Origin: Desulfotalea psychrophila LSv54
GTDB lineage: Bacteria > Desulfobacterota > Desulfobulbia > Desulfobulbales > Desulfocapsaceae
NCBI RefSeq assembly: GCF_000025945.1
Contig: NC_006138.1
Span: 630,001-662,000 of the forward strand
Direction of reading: 5' to 3'
DNA: 32,000 nucleotides
The first letter of the stretch is position 1. Each line of letters starts with the position of its first letter. Positions 19,294 to 29,182 of this stretch are shown here, piece by piece. Under the pieces are notes generated by a model. The model was given only the letters and a program-made list of their open reading frames with translations. It was not told where the DNA came from and ran no database searches. The position numbers and the translations under genes are program-made.

Positions 19294-20052
19294 CTAAGTA
19301 GCCTGGGCAGCTTCTATATGAGATTGAATCAACATGGAAATTCCGGGTAGAAGGCCCAAGCCATGAGCATAGCTGTCAACGGCAAGTCCCACGTCCACAA
19401 GTCTTCTCTGCCATGAAGCCTCCTCACCAATCATATCACGCCTATAGTGCAAACCGGCCATAAGAAAAAACGGAATCATAAAGACATGGGAATAGCCCCC
19501 GGCAACAATCTCTGCCGGAATATGTGAGCTGTCGGGCGATTTTTCCACCACACCGACAAAGATATTAGCCCCATACTCCCGCCGCAGCATGGCCTCTAGG
19601 GCAGGGTAGGAGGTCCAGCTCGGATGATCCGTGCCATGCCCCACAATCAAAATGGCACTCTCTGAATGGGACAGAATCAGATCCTTAAGGAGATAGGCCA
19701 TTATCTGGTAATCCTTAAAGGAGGAGAGGAGGGGGAGACCAAGTCGACAGGCCATATCGGCCCGACCGGCCTCTCGACCAATCTTATGAAACTCATGGCC
19801 CGGAAAGAGGTGCAGGGACTGAACAACTGCCTCCTTGTGCCCCGCGGCTTCGAGCTCCGCAAGAATCCGGGAAACGGTCTTTACCCCGCTCCTCCCCTCT
19901 CCCTGCAACTGTTTGGCCACCACCCTGCTTGAATAACTCCAGTAGAAGGTACAGTCCGGTAGCCTGGGTTGCAGACATTGCTCAATATGTCGATAGGTAG
20001 ATACGGCTGGGCCTGTGCTGCCAAAGGCGGTAAGGATCACGGTTTTTTTCAT
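19294..20052 (-). CDS. cbiK: Sirohydrochlorin cobaltochelatase CbiK-like
   Basis: VILTAFGSTGPAVSTYRHIE, SLHLFPGHEFHKI and IVGHGTDHPSW match class II chelatases of the CbiK type. Confidence 0.85.
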   Translation of the reverse strand: MKKTVILTAFGSTGPAVSTYRHIEQCLQPRLPDCTFYWSYSSRVVAKQLQGEGRSGVKTVSRILAELEAAGHKEAVVQSLHLFPGHEFHKIGREAGRADMACRLGLPLLSSFKDYQIMAYLLKDLILSHSESAILIVGHGTDHPSWTSYPALEAMLRREYGANIFVGVVEKSPDSSHIPAEIVAGGYSHVFMIPFFLMAGLHYRRDMIGEEASWQRRLVDVGLAVDSYAHGLGLLPGISMLIQSHIEAAQAT

Positions 20053-20223
20053 AATTCACCATAGAAAGAAAGATCAGTTACAGAAGTTATGCCCTATACA
20101 GTATCATCTTTGCATCGCAAAAAAAGCTACTTTGAGCAAAAAGAGTGGGAATATGATATACCTACTCTGCTCTTAACGGATAACAATAGACCTAAAATCT
20201 CCATACCATTTCGAGGATTACCA

Positions 20224-21495
20224 GTGAACAGAAAGATAGAAATTGCCGTCATTGGCTTAGGCTACGTAGGACTTCCCCTTGCCGTTGAATTTGGCAAAAT
20301 ATATCCTGTTATTGGTTTTGACCATAACCCCGTCCGCATATCCGAGCTCCAGGCAGGTAATGACATCACCATGGAGCTGACAGCAGAAGAGCTTGCTCTT
20401 GGCCAGCAGCTCTCCTTTTCAGCAGATGCACAGGACCTTGGCCGCTGTAATGTCTATATTATCACCGTACCAACTCCCATTGATAAAAACAAAAAACCCG
20501 ATCTTGGCCCCCTGCTCAACGCCAGTCAGGAGGTGGGCAAGGTGCTGCAAGAGGGTGATGTGGTGATCTATGAATCAACGGTCTACCCAGGTGCCACCGA
20601 AGAGGACTGCGTTCCTGTTTTAGAGTCGGTTTCCGACCTCACCTTTAACAGAGACTTTTTCGTGGGCTATAGCCCTGAACGGGTTAATCCCGGAGATAAA
20701 AAACATAGGGTAACCACTATTCAAAAGGTCACCTCCGGCTCAACTAGCGAAACCGCCGACTTTGTTGATAGCCTCTACAAGAAGATCATCATCGCCGGCA
20801 CCCATAGGGCCAGCAGTATAAAGGTGGCCGAGGCGGCAAAGGTCATCGAGAATACCCAGCGAGATGTCAACATCGCCCTGGTCAATGAACTTGCCCTGAT
20901 CTTTAACCGCATGGAGATAGACACGGAAGAGGTGCTGGAGGCGGCCGGCACCAAGTGGAATTTCCTCCCCTTTCGTCCCGGCCTGGTGGGTGGACACTGC
21001 ATCGGTGTTGATCCATACTATCTCACCCACAAGGCCCAGGAACTTGGTTACCACCCTGAAATTATCCTTGCCGGCAGGCGCATCAACGATGGGGTCGGCA
21101 GCTATGTGGCCGCAGAACTGGTCAAGGCAATGCTCAAGAAAAAGTGTCCCATGGGAAGCGCCCGGGTACTGATCATGGGCCTCTCCTTCAAGGAAAACTG
21201 CCCGGACATCCGTAACTCCAAGGTCATTGATATCATCAAAGAACTACAGAGCTTTGGCATAGAGGTAGATGCCTATGATCCCTGGGTGCAGAGATCTCAG
21301 GCCGAAAGAGCCTATGGCATCAGCCCCATTGAAGCACCCGCTCCCAAAAGCTACGACGGTATCGTCCTGGCCGTGGGTCATCGGGATTTTGCCCAAATGG
21401 GTGCCGAAGCCATCCACGCCCTCGGCAAAACACCCCATGTTCTCTATGATATTAAGTGCCTACTCCCCAGCGACCAGGTAGACCTACGCCTATAG
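20224..21495 (+). CDS. UDP-N-acetylhexosamine 6-dehydrogenase (TviB/WbpO/CapL type)
   Basis: Rossmann motif [19 protein letters not shown] and [30 protein letters not shown] with active Cys. GTG 20224 is the likely start; the ORF extends to 20089 upstream. Confidence 0.92.
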   Translation: MNRKIEIAVIGLGYVGLPLAVEFGKIYPVIGFDHNPVRISELQAGNDITMELTAEELALGQQLSFSADAQDLGRCNVYIITVPTPIDKNKKPDLGPLLNASQEVGKVLQEGDVVIYESTVYPGATEEDCVPVLESVSDLTFNRDFFVGYSPERVNPGDKKHRVTTIQKVTSGSTSETADFVDSLYKKIIIAGTHRASSIKVAEAAKVIENTQRDVNIALVNELALIFNRMEIDTEEVLEAAGTKWNFLPFRPGLVGGHCIGVDPYYLTHKAQELGYHPEIILAGRRINDGVGSYVAAELVKAMLKKKCPMGSARVLIMGLSFKENCPDIRNSKVIDIIKELQSFGIEVDAYDPWVQRSQAERAYGISPIEAPAPKSYDGIVLAVGHRDFAQMGAEAIHALGKTPHVLYDIKCLLPSDQVDLRL

Positions 21496-21541
21496 GATTA
21501 CCTATAGAAATTATCGAGCCCACTCTCATAAACAAGATCGC

Positions 21542-22354
21542 TTAGGGAAGTTGATAAACGGGCCGCACCTTCTTATCCAGATAATAGGGCATCATCTCCT
21601 GAGCAAGAGCTGCCAAGGTGGCCTGCCGATTAGCCGGAGCGGGATGGGTGGAGAGAAATTCCGCTGGCCTGGAACCGCCTTCCTTTGCCATTTTCTCCCA
21701 TAGGCTCCCGGCTGCCCTTGGATCATAGCCAGCCAGGGCAGCAAATTTAATTCCCATAACATCTGCCTCATTTTCAGCAGCCCGGCTATTGGGCAGGGTC
21801 ACGGCCAGACTAGCGGCAAGCACCGTCCCGCTCATAATAGCCCCCCGATTGTCACTATCCCTCGTAGCAATGGCCATCCCAAGGGTGCCAATGCTGGAGG
21901 CCATGGCAACGGACATTTTTTCTGCGGTATGGTTAGCCAGGGCATGGGAAATTTCATGGGCCATCACCTGAGCAAGCTCGTCATCAGTCAACTTCAGCTT
22001 ATTAACAATCCCCGTATAGACTGCCATCTTCCCGCCCGCCATACACCAGGCATTAACAGTTTCATCTGCATCGATCACCTTCACATCCCACTGCCACTTT
22101 TTTGCCTCGGGATGGCTGATAATCGCCTGAGCAATAATACGACCCGTAATCAGGCGGACACGCCGACTCAGGGCAGGATCCGAATCCACCTTTCCATCCT
22201 TCTGCAAGGGCTGAATAGTCTGCACATATGCCTGCCGAGAGGAGGCCACAGCAGATTCAGGGGAGACCAGCATCAACTGCGAACGTCCGGTAGGGCTGGT
22301 TGCACAGGCACTCAGAGAGAAAAGCATAAAAAAGGTTATCAACCATCTGTTCAT
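21542..22354 (-). CDS. M48-family zinc metallopeptidase lipoprotein (Oma1/LoiP-like)
   Basis: MNRWLITFFMLFSLSACATSP lipobox, HEISH zinc motif (VMAHEISHALANHTAEK), NEADVMG, and STHPAPANR. The longer ORF to 22471 runs through its 5' leader and the upstream terminator. Confidence 0.92.
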   Translation of the reverse strand: MNRWLITFFMLFSLSACATSPTGRSQLMLVSPESAVASSRQAYVQTIQPLQKDGKVDSDPALSRRVRLITGRIIAQAIISHPEAKKWQWDVKVIDADETVNAWCMAGGKMAVYTGIVNKLKLTDDELAQVMAHEISHALANHTAEKMSVAMASSIGTLGMAIATRDSDNRGAIMSGTVLAASLAVTLPNSRAAENEADVMGIKFAALAGYDPRAAGSLWEKMAKEGGSRPAEFLSTHPAPANRQATLAALAQEMMPYYLDKKVRPVYQLP

Positions 22355-22446
22355 AAAAACTCCTTTAAAGATTTGCCCATCGCTGGGCCTGATAGGATTA
22401 ACATCTCCAAAACAGGATACCCTACAATACCTTGAAACAAAAAAAA

Positions 22447-22481
22447 TCCCCCTCATATCAAACAGCGACATGAGGGGGATA
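22447..22481 (-). terminator. Rho-independent terminator of the TRAP transporter operon (minus strand)
   Basis: ATCCCCCTCAT (22447-22457) and ATGAGGGGGAT (22471-22481) form a perfect 11-bp inverted repeat, followed on the minus strand by a T run (aaaaaaa on +). Confidence 0.88.
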
Positions 22482-22507
22482 TCTATTCCGAGCAGAGTTC
22501 GTGGAAC

Positions 22508-23794
22508 CTACATCAACAAATTAGGCAACCACAGTACGATTTGCGGGCAGAAGGTGATCAACAGAATCACACCGATGGTAACCGCACAGAAGGGCAGGGC
22601 CTTCACGGAAATTTTCTCAATTGAGACATCGGCAATACCCGAGGCAATAAATATATTTTCCCCCAGAGGCGGTGTAGAGAAACCAACACCACAACAACAA
22701 ACCAGAACAACACCAAAGTGAATTGGGTCAACCCCAAATGCTGTCATTACAGGAAGCAGTACAGGAGTTACCAAGAGGATGATGGCCAGGGTCTCCATGA
22801 ACATACCAAAGAAAAGGAGAAGGATAAGAACAAATATCCAAACCAGATTTACATTGGTTGTCATGGTCAAAAGCCACTCTACGATCTGATTGGGAATACG
22901 GTACTGAATGAGCAAACGACCAAAGGCATAGGCGGTAAACATGATAACAAGAACACGACCGGTAATCCAAGAGGTGGTCTCGAGACATTTCTGCACAGAC
23001 TTGAAGGTAAGTTCACGATAAATAAAGATACCGACAAAGAGCACATAGAAGATTGCTACGATAGCAGCCTCTGTAGGGGTAAAGATACCAGTATAGATAC
23101 CACCGAGGATAACAACCGGGGCCATGATAGCCCAAAAGCCATCCTTAACAGATTTAATCAGCTCTTGAGCTGACCACGCCTCATCCCCTTCAGCAGGCTT
23201 CATCTTACGACACATCCAGAGATGCATTGCACAGAGGCCAAGACTGATGATCAAACCGGGAACAACACCACCAAGAAACATTCTGGTGATAGATTCCTGA
23301 GAGGCTACACCATAGATAACCATTGGAATACTTGGAGGAATAATAATACCTACACCACCCGCTGTAGCAGTAGCTGCCGCAGCATATCCCTTATCATAAC
23401 CCTTATTGACCATGGCAGGAATCATCAACATGCCAACCGCTGCAGTTGTCGCAGGGCCGGAACCTGAAATTGCGCCAAAGAAGACACAGGCGAGGGCAGT
23501 AGAAACAGCAAGACCACCGGGAATGGGACCTACCATCTTTTCAGCCACGGTGACAAGTCTCTTGGAAACACCAGCCTTATCCATCAAGGCCCCGGCCAAA
23601 ACAAAGGCGGGCAGAGCCATAATAGGAAAGGAGTTTACCGAGGTAAAGGCAATTTGAATGAGGGTTCCAAGATCCTGCCCCACGACCATAAATGACACCA
23701 TGGCAGAAACGCCAAGCGCCACGGTAATGGGTGCTCCCAAAAGCAGTAATCCCGCAAAAGAGCAAAATAAAACAGCTGTTACAGACATACTCAT
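22508..23794 (-). CDS. dctM: TRAP dicarboxylate transporter, large permease DctM
   Basis: Many TM segments, GAISGSGPATTAAVG, and P-rich IIPPSIPMVIYG and FSTPPLGENIFIA motifs. Confidence 0.94.
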   Translation of the reverse strand: MSMSVTAVLFCSFAGLLLLGAPITVALGVSAMVSFMVVGQDLGTLIQIAFTSVNSFPIMALPAFVLAGALMDKAGVSKRLVTVAEKMVGPIPGGLAVSTALACVFFGAISGSGPATTAAVGMLMIPAMVNKGYDKGYAAAATATAGGVGIIIPPSIPMVIYGVASQESITRMFLGGVVPGLIISLGLCAMHLWMCRKMKPAEGDEAWSAQELIKSVKDGFWAIMAPVVILGGIYTGIFTPTEAAIVAIFYVLFVGIFIYRELTFKSVQKCLETTSWITGRVLVIMFTAYAFGRLLIQYRIPNQIVEWLLTMTTNVNLVWIFVLILLLFFGMFMETLAIILLVTPVLLPVMTAFGVDPIHFGVVLVCCCGVGFSTPPLGENIFIASGIADVSIEKISVKALPFCAVTIGVILLITFCPQIVLWLPNLLM

Positions 23795-23802
23795 TCCCCC
23801 TT

Positions 23803-24411
23803 TTAAGCTGACGCCGATGGCGATTTTTCTTTCTCGTCAGAGGCAGAATCATCATCATGGGCGAAGGTTTTTTTGCTTTCCTCTACTGCTGCCTTGTCCG
23901 GATCCATGATCTCTTTACCCAGGACAAATTTGATGTAGTCTACCTGAATGATACGTATACTCATCAAACCAAAGCTTAAAGGAAAAACTAAATAAACTAC
24001 CCAGAGTTGCCAATCAAGGGCGGGGGTTGCATATGGAAATTCTCTCAAAAATTGAATCTCTTGACATCCCTTATAGATCAAAACAGCATTGAACCAAAGC
24101 CAAACGGCATCGCTCAAAAGAAAGCAGACAGTAGAAACCCACTTGGGAAAGAGATTAAACTGCAGGGTCACACGGTTATGGGCGCCAAGTCGCGCCGCGT
24201 AAGAGGCTCCAAAAAATACAAACCAAACAAAGGAGTAACGAGATACCTCTTCACTCCAAGAAAGGGGAATACCAATCTCGCGCATAATGATCTGGAGGAA
24301 GAGGACCAAAACAAAAAATGCCAGTAAAATCTGGCACATGTATGACTCAACCCCATCTAGAATGGCAAGAACAACTTTTTTCAACATACGAGAACCTCCT
24401 ATAAACAACAA
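23803..24411 (-). CDS. dctQ: TRAP transporter small permease DctQ
   Basis: Four-TM small subunit with SWSEEVSRYSFVWFVFFGASYAAR, located between dctP and dctM. Confidence 0.92.
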   Translation of the reverse strand: MLFIGGSRMLKKVVLAILDGVESYMCQILLAFFVLVLFLQIIMREIGIPLSWSEEVSRYSFVWFVFFGASYAARLGAHNRVTLQFNLFPKWVSTVCFLLSDAVWLWFNAVLIYKGCQEIQFLREFPYATPALDWQLWVVYLVFPLSFGLMSIRIIQVDYIKFVLGKEIMDPDKAAVEESKKTFAHDDDSASDEKEKSPSASA

Positions 24412-24453
24412 TGCCGGTCCACAGAGGGACCGGCACCGTTTAAGGACAAAGAC

Positions 24454-25452
24454 CTACTTCTTGCCAATAGCTTCCAAATACGCGTCAACACGATCTTTAC
24501 CGCCAACGAATTCCAGCATCTTAGGCCATACATGTTCCTGTGCAAGCTTCTTCCAAACTGCCTCATCCTCAAGGGTATCAATCTGAGTACCACTGGCAAT
24601 CAACTCTTTCTTAACCCGGGTAGACTCGGTGAGTTGGAAGGCCAAACAGAACTCTTGAGCATCTTTACCAGCCTTGGTCACGATATCTCTTTGCTCTGGA
24701 GTGAGGCCCTTCATTACACGCATACTTACGATCATTGGTTGAAGCTGATAGGTGTAATGTACTTCAGTTATATACTTCTGAACTTCATTAAACTTGAAAG
24801 CCTGGAAGGTGATATAACCATAACACTGACCATCTACAACACCCTGCTGAAGGGCGGTAAAGGTCTCAGGCCATGAGATAGGTACTGGATTTGCACCCCA
24901 TGACTTATAGGTTTCAAGCAATACCGCACTTTGAGGTACGCGGAATTTGAGACCCTTTACGTCATTGATGTTTTTGATTGGACGAATGTCGTTGGACAAC
25001 CAGCGATAATCAGTATAGGTGTAACCAAGTACTTGAAAACCACCCTCTTCCATTGCATATTTGTTGAGAATCTCAAACCCTTCGCCGGTGGTTCCGCGCA
25101 CAACCTCATAAATGTTTTCGAAGAGGTATGGGAGGGTCAATATACCAAGCTTCTTAACAAAGGGTACGGTGTTAGCAATACCAACAACAGCAACATCGAG
25201 ACTACCTGAACGTACATTCTGGATCATCTCTGTTTCACCACCCAACTGACCGGATGGGAAGATCTGTACTTCTATGTCTCCATCTGTACGCTGCTCAACT
25301 ATCGTTTTGAAACGCTTGGCAATAGCTCCCATTTCAGAATCAATAGGATCGCCCATACCAACGCGAAGAATCTTGCTTGGAGCCGCCATGGCGGGGGCTG
25401 TCAAGGCAAAAAGCGCGCACATACAAAGAACTAAACTTTTTTTACTCAGCAT
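24454..25452 (-). CDS. dctP: TRAP transporter substrate-binding protein DctP
   Basis: Signal peptide ALFALTAPAMAA, FPSGQLGGETEMIQNVRSGSLDV, GLKFRVPQS, and WPETFTALQQGVVDGQ. Confidence 0.94.
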   Translation of the reverse strand: MLSKKSLVLCMCALFALTAPAMAAPSKILRVGMGDPIDSEMGAIAKRFKTIVEQRTDGDIEVQIFPSGQLGGETEMIQNVRSGSLDVAVVGIANTVPFVKKLGILTLPYLFENIYEVVRGTTGEGFEILNKYAMEEGGFQVLGYTYTDYRWLSNDIRPIKNINDVKGLKFRVPQSAVLLETYKSWGANPVPISWPETFTALQQGVVDGQCYGYITFQAFKFNEVQKYITEVHYTYQLQPMIVSMRVMKGLTPEQRDIVTKAGKDAQEFCLAFQLTESTRVKKELIASGTQIDTLEDEAVWKKLAQEHVWPKMLEFVGGKDRVDAYLEAIGKK

Positions 25453-26361
25453 AAAACTCTCCCTCTAAATTAAAAACTTTTCTGCTAAAGCAATGACGCA
25501 CTCAGCAGCTAAAAAAAAAGCCCCTCTCAGTTTATACAGCCTACAACCGGATCAAAAAAATCAGATGAACCAGGGCGTAGGAAAAAAATTAGAAAAGGAA
25601 AAATGTGTAGGGTAAATATCGAAGACGGTCCAGAAGCAACGCAAAAAATGGTACGGACGAAAAGCAAAGAGCGAGAAGCACAGATGATTAGCAGACAGCA
25701 GAGTGAAAGATCTTTTCGCCAGCTTTGCCGATAGCGATATAAATCCCACCTGGGACTGTATCGACTCGGCGCCTGACTATTATGGCGAAGGTCACTGCTT
25801 GTAAAACCAGACAACTCTTGAATCATTTTCATTCCTTTTTCGTCTGAAAGATAGAGTCCTTCTCTGCTACTACTGAACAAATGTACGACTTACCTAAACA
25901 CATACACAAATCGTGCCAGTTTGAGATAACAAAGCAAGTCCGAGCAGTTAACAATAATACCCCTTGCAAAAATAACCAAAGAGCCCAGTCATTAATGCTT
26001 TCCTGCATCGTTTCTAACATACCAATGACTATTAGTCGCAAAAACGGGTAGGTAAAACAATGCAATACTGAATCAAAAAAAAGCAGACAGGCCCTTACCT
26101 AACAATTATTCTCAGAACAAAAATATATCACAAAAAAAGCATATCCGCACAAAAATAATGCAAGAAGGAGACTTAGGTCAATACCACCACCTTTTTTTCC
26201 AAACAAATGAAGCCACATAGGACATAAGTTTTTTTTGCATTATTGTGAATAAGAAGAAAAAATCTCCATCGGCATCTCAGCATAAATATACTATGCTTAA
26301 AATGAGCAAAAACAGAACTCTCACCCTCGACCAACAGACAAGCCTCAGACAAGGAAATACC

Positions 26362-27129
26362 ATGGCCAATATATCACCTATCGCAACATTCCTAGGTGGC
26401 TTCGCAAGCCACAGGGCAAGCTGCCAGTGGGCATCCTTTGATGCCTCCGGCGGCATAAGTAGCGGTCCATACCGTTACGGCAACGTCAGCCTTAAGGTGG
26501 GCGACGCCCCCTTCAACGTAGAATGGAACCGGGAAAGGATACAGGAAAGCCTGGAGGCCCACTGCCTCCTCTCGGCCGGGCAGGTACACGGAGAAAAGAT
26601 TTACAGCCTAACTAAGCCTATCAAAACGAGCCTGGAGGTTGAAGGCTACGACAGCCTTATCACCAATCAGACAGGAGTTGCCCTGATGATTCAGCAGGCT
26701 GACTGCCAGGCCATACTCCTCTTTGATCCGGAGCAGGCTGTTATTGCCGCAGTCCACGTTGGCTGGCGTGGCAATGTCAGCAACTTAATCGGCAAAACAA
26801 TAGAGGAGATGACAAAGACCTTCCACTCTGCAAGCAGAGACATCCAGGCATTTATCAGTCCCTCCCTGGGACCATGCTGTGCTGAATTCAGCAACTACAG
26901 AGACGAGTTTCCTACCGAATTCCAGGAGTTCATGGCCCAGGAGTCCCATTTTAATCTCTGGAAAATCTCAGAGAAACAACTTACCGATGCGGGCCTGCAG
27001 AGAAAAAATATTAGCCTTGCGGAAATATGTACCTCTTGCCATGATAACTACTTTTCATATCGACGTGCCTGCCGCACAGGAGATGGCACAACGGGAAGAA
27101 ACTGCTCTGCTATAGTGCTCGAGAGATAA
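26362..27129 (+). CDS. pgeF: Peptidoglycan editing factor PgeF (YfiH / multicopper polyphenol oxidase-like)
   Basis: VHGEKIY, QQADCQAILLFDPEQAVIAAVHVGWRGNVSNLIGKT and SPSLGPCCAEF. ATG 26362 is the likely start; the longer ORF begins at 26245. Confidence 0.9.
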   Translation: MANISPIATFLGGFASHRASCQWASFDASGGISSGPYRYGNVSLKVGDAPFNVEWNRERIQESLEAHCLLSAGQVHGEKIYSLTKPIKTSLEVEGYDSLITNQTGVALMIQQADCQAILLFDPEQAVIAAVHVGWRGNVSNLIGKTIEEMTKTFHSASRDIQAFISPSLGPCCAEFSNYRDEFPTEFQEFMAQESHFNLWKISEKQLTDAGLQRKNISLAEICTSCHDNYFSYRRACRTGDGTTGRNCSAIVLER

Positions 27130-27132
27130 AGA

Positions 27133-27807
27133 ATGAAACTACTCCTTATTGAAGATGACCTAACCATCGCAGACCTTATCCAAAAGGGTTTAGAAGAGGC
27201 AGGCTTTGCCGTTGACTCCTGCCATAATGGCAGAGAGGGACTAAGCCACGCCCTCAAGGGTGCCTACTCTGCCGCAATTATAGACATCATGCTCCCGGAA
27301 CGGGATGGACTGAGCATTATTGAAGAGATGAGGGCAGCCGGCAAGGAGACCCCAGTACTGATCCTCAGCGCCAAACAGTCCGTTGACGATAGAATCCAGG
27401 GGCTACAGAGGGGAGGCGATGACTATATGATCAAGCCCTTCTCCTTTGGCGAACTTCTTGTCCGGGTGCAGGCCCTGATCCGCCGGGACCAAAAACACTC
27501 TCCTCAGACAAGACTATCCATAGGACCACTGGAGATGGACCTTCTCCGCCAGCAAGTATGCCGCGATGGCGGCCAGATAGAGCTCCCCGCCAAGGAGTAT
27601 GCCCTCCTTCTCTATATGGCAGAGAACGCAGGCACCGCCCTCTCCAAAACATCCATCCTGGAAAAGGTCTACGGCTACAACTTCGACCCCCAGACCAACG
27701 TAGTGGACGTACTTGTCTGTCGACTGCGGGCCAAGATAGACAAGGGGTTTGGCCAACAGCTGATTCAAACTATCCGGGGTGTGGGCTATGTTCTTCGCAG
27801 CCACTAG
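27133..27807 (+). CDS. OmpR/PhoB-family response regulator
   Basis: LLIEDDLTIADLI receiver, AAIIDIMLPERDG phospho-Asp region, KPFSFGEL, and a C-terminal winged helix (TNVVDVLVCRLRAKID...IRGVGYVL). Confidence 0.94.
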   Translation: MKLLLIEDDLTIADLIQKGLEEAGFAVDSCHNGREGLSHALKGAYSAAIIDIMLPERDGLSIIEEMRAAGKETPVLILSAKQSVDDRIQGLQRGGDDYMIKPFSFGELLVRVQALIRRDQKHSPQTRLSIGPLEMDLLRQQVCRDGGQIELPAKEYALLLYMAENAGTALSKTSILEKVYGYNFDPQTNVVDVLVCRLRAKIDKGFGQQLIQTIRGVGYVLRSH

Positions 27808-29161
27808 AGAACTCCGCCGCAGCCCATGGGCAACCCTTCTGCCTCTTCTCTGCGGAGTGCTCTTCGTAGCCATTAACCTGACTAACACAGACTCCCGTCT
27901 ACGCCAGGACGACAGACAGAGACTCAACCACCTCCTGCAAAACTATATAGAGGAGACGGCAATAGACCGGCTCCGAACAAAACCTTTGCAAATACTTATC
28001 CCCAACCTGGAACGACTGGGACCACTGGCCTTTATCCGCATCATCCACGGCAAAAAACAGCTCCTTATTGCCCACGAAAAGCATCTTCCCTTCCCCCTCA
28101 GCGACCTGAGCAATATCCACCACCGGGAAAATAGCATATGGAGAATAATCGCCAGCAAAAAAGGAGAGGTGGCCCTCAACACCATGACCCGGGAAATTGA
28201 CGGAGAGCTCTCCCTGCAAGCCGGAATGATATCGAGCAACTATCCACTCTACCAAGGGCTGCGCCAAAATGCCCTGACCGGCCTCAGCCTCTATACCTTC
28301 CTCTGCCTCCTCTGCGGATATATTGTTCAGCGCAGCAGCCAGGCGGCCATCCTCAACACCTGCAAAAAAATTGGCACCGGAAACAGGGCAAAGGGTTTCA
28401 GCCCCCTGCCGGAAAGAGGGCACAGCGAAGCGATGAACCAACTGCACCGCAAAATCAACCAACTTGTGGAGCATAACAGCAGGCTTATGTCAGAATTGCA
28501 GGGCTCGCTGGACAATGTTGCCCACGACCTACGCACCCCCATTGCCCGCCTGCGCTCAACGGCTGAATATGGCCTGCAGGGAGGCAATGACCTACCCCGT
28601 CTTCAGGATGCCCTGGCAAATTGCCTTGAGGAATCTGAGCAAATATCTGCTATATTACGTATCATGATGAGCGTGGCCGAGGCAGAATCTGGTACCATGC
28701 GCCTTGAACCATGTAAAACCGACCTGGAACAGGGATTGCTTGAGGCCATAGACCTCTACGCCTACAGTGCGGAAGAAAAACAGATAGAGGTGCGGCAGAG
28801 TCTAAACAAAATGGTCTACGCCGAGGTTGACCCCATACGCATACGCCAGGTATGGGCAAATCTGCTTGATAATGCCCTCAAGTACGGTAAAGTCGGAGGG
28901 CAGGTCAACATCGAGCTCTGGCAGGATGAGGATTACGCCTTCATCTCCTTCCGGGATAACGGCATGGGCATCTCCCAGACAGAGAGAGACCGCATTTGGG
29001 AGCGCCTCTACCGAGGCGACCGAAGCCGAACCGAAAAAGGGCTGGGGCTGGGACTCAACTACGTTAAGGCGGTAACAGAGGCCCACGGCGGCCAGATAGA
29101 GGTGCAGAGCGAACTGCACAGGGGAAGCTGCTTTACCGTGAAGTTGCCAAAAAATATATAA
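27779..29161 (+). CDS. Sensor histidine kinase (start GTG 27779 or ATG 27788)
   Basis: H-box NVAHDLRTPIARLRS, N-box NLLDNALKYG, FRDNGMGIS, GLGLGLNYVK, and two TM segments. Overlaps the response regulator gene end. Confidence 0.93.
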   Translation: MWAMFFAATRELRRSPWATLLPLLCGVLFVAINLTNTDSRLRQDDRQRLNHLLQNYIEETAIDRLRTKPLQILIPNLERLGPLAFIRIIHGKKQLLIAHEKHLPFPLSDLSNIHHRENSIWRIIASKKGEVALNTMTREIDGELSLQAGMISSNYPLYQGLRQNALTGLSLYTFLCLLCGYIVQRSSQAAILNTCKKIGTGNRAKGFSPLPERGHSEAMNQLHRKINQLVEHNSRLMSELQGSLDNVAHDLRTPIARLRSTAEYGLQGGNDLPRLQDALANCLEESEQISAILRIMMSVAEAESGTMRLEPCKTDLEQGLLEAIDLYAYSAEEKQIEVRQSLNKMVYAEVDPIRIRQVWANLLDNALKYGKVGGQVNIELWQDEDYAFISFRDNGMGISQTERDRIWERLYRGDRSRTEKGLGLGLNYVKAVTEAHGGQIEVQSELHRGSCFTVKLPKNI

Positions 29162-29182
29162 ACAGAAGACCATATCAATAAA

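Noticed and set aside
22355-22471. N-terminal extension of the M48 protease ORF
   Set aside because: The extension reads through a clear terminator hairpin; MNRWLITFFMLFSLSACATSP is an obvious lipoprotein signal start.
25527-25880. 117-aa minus strand ORF in the dctP-pgeF gap
   Set aside because: The composition is Ser/Phe-rich and irregular with no known motif. It was not called as a gene, although possible remnant coding is noted as a finding.
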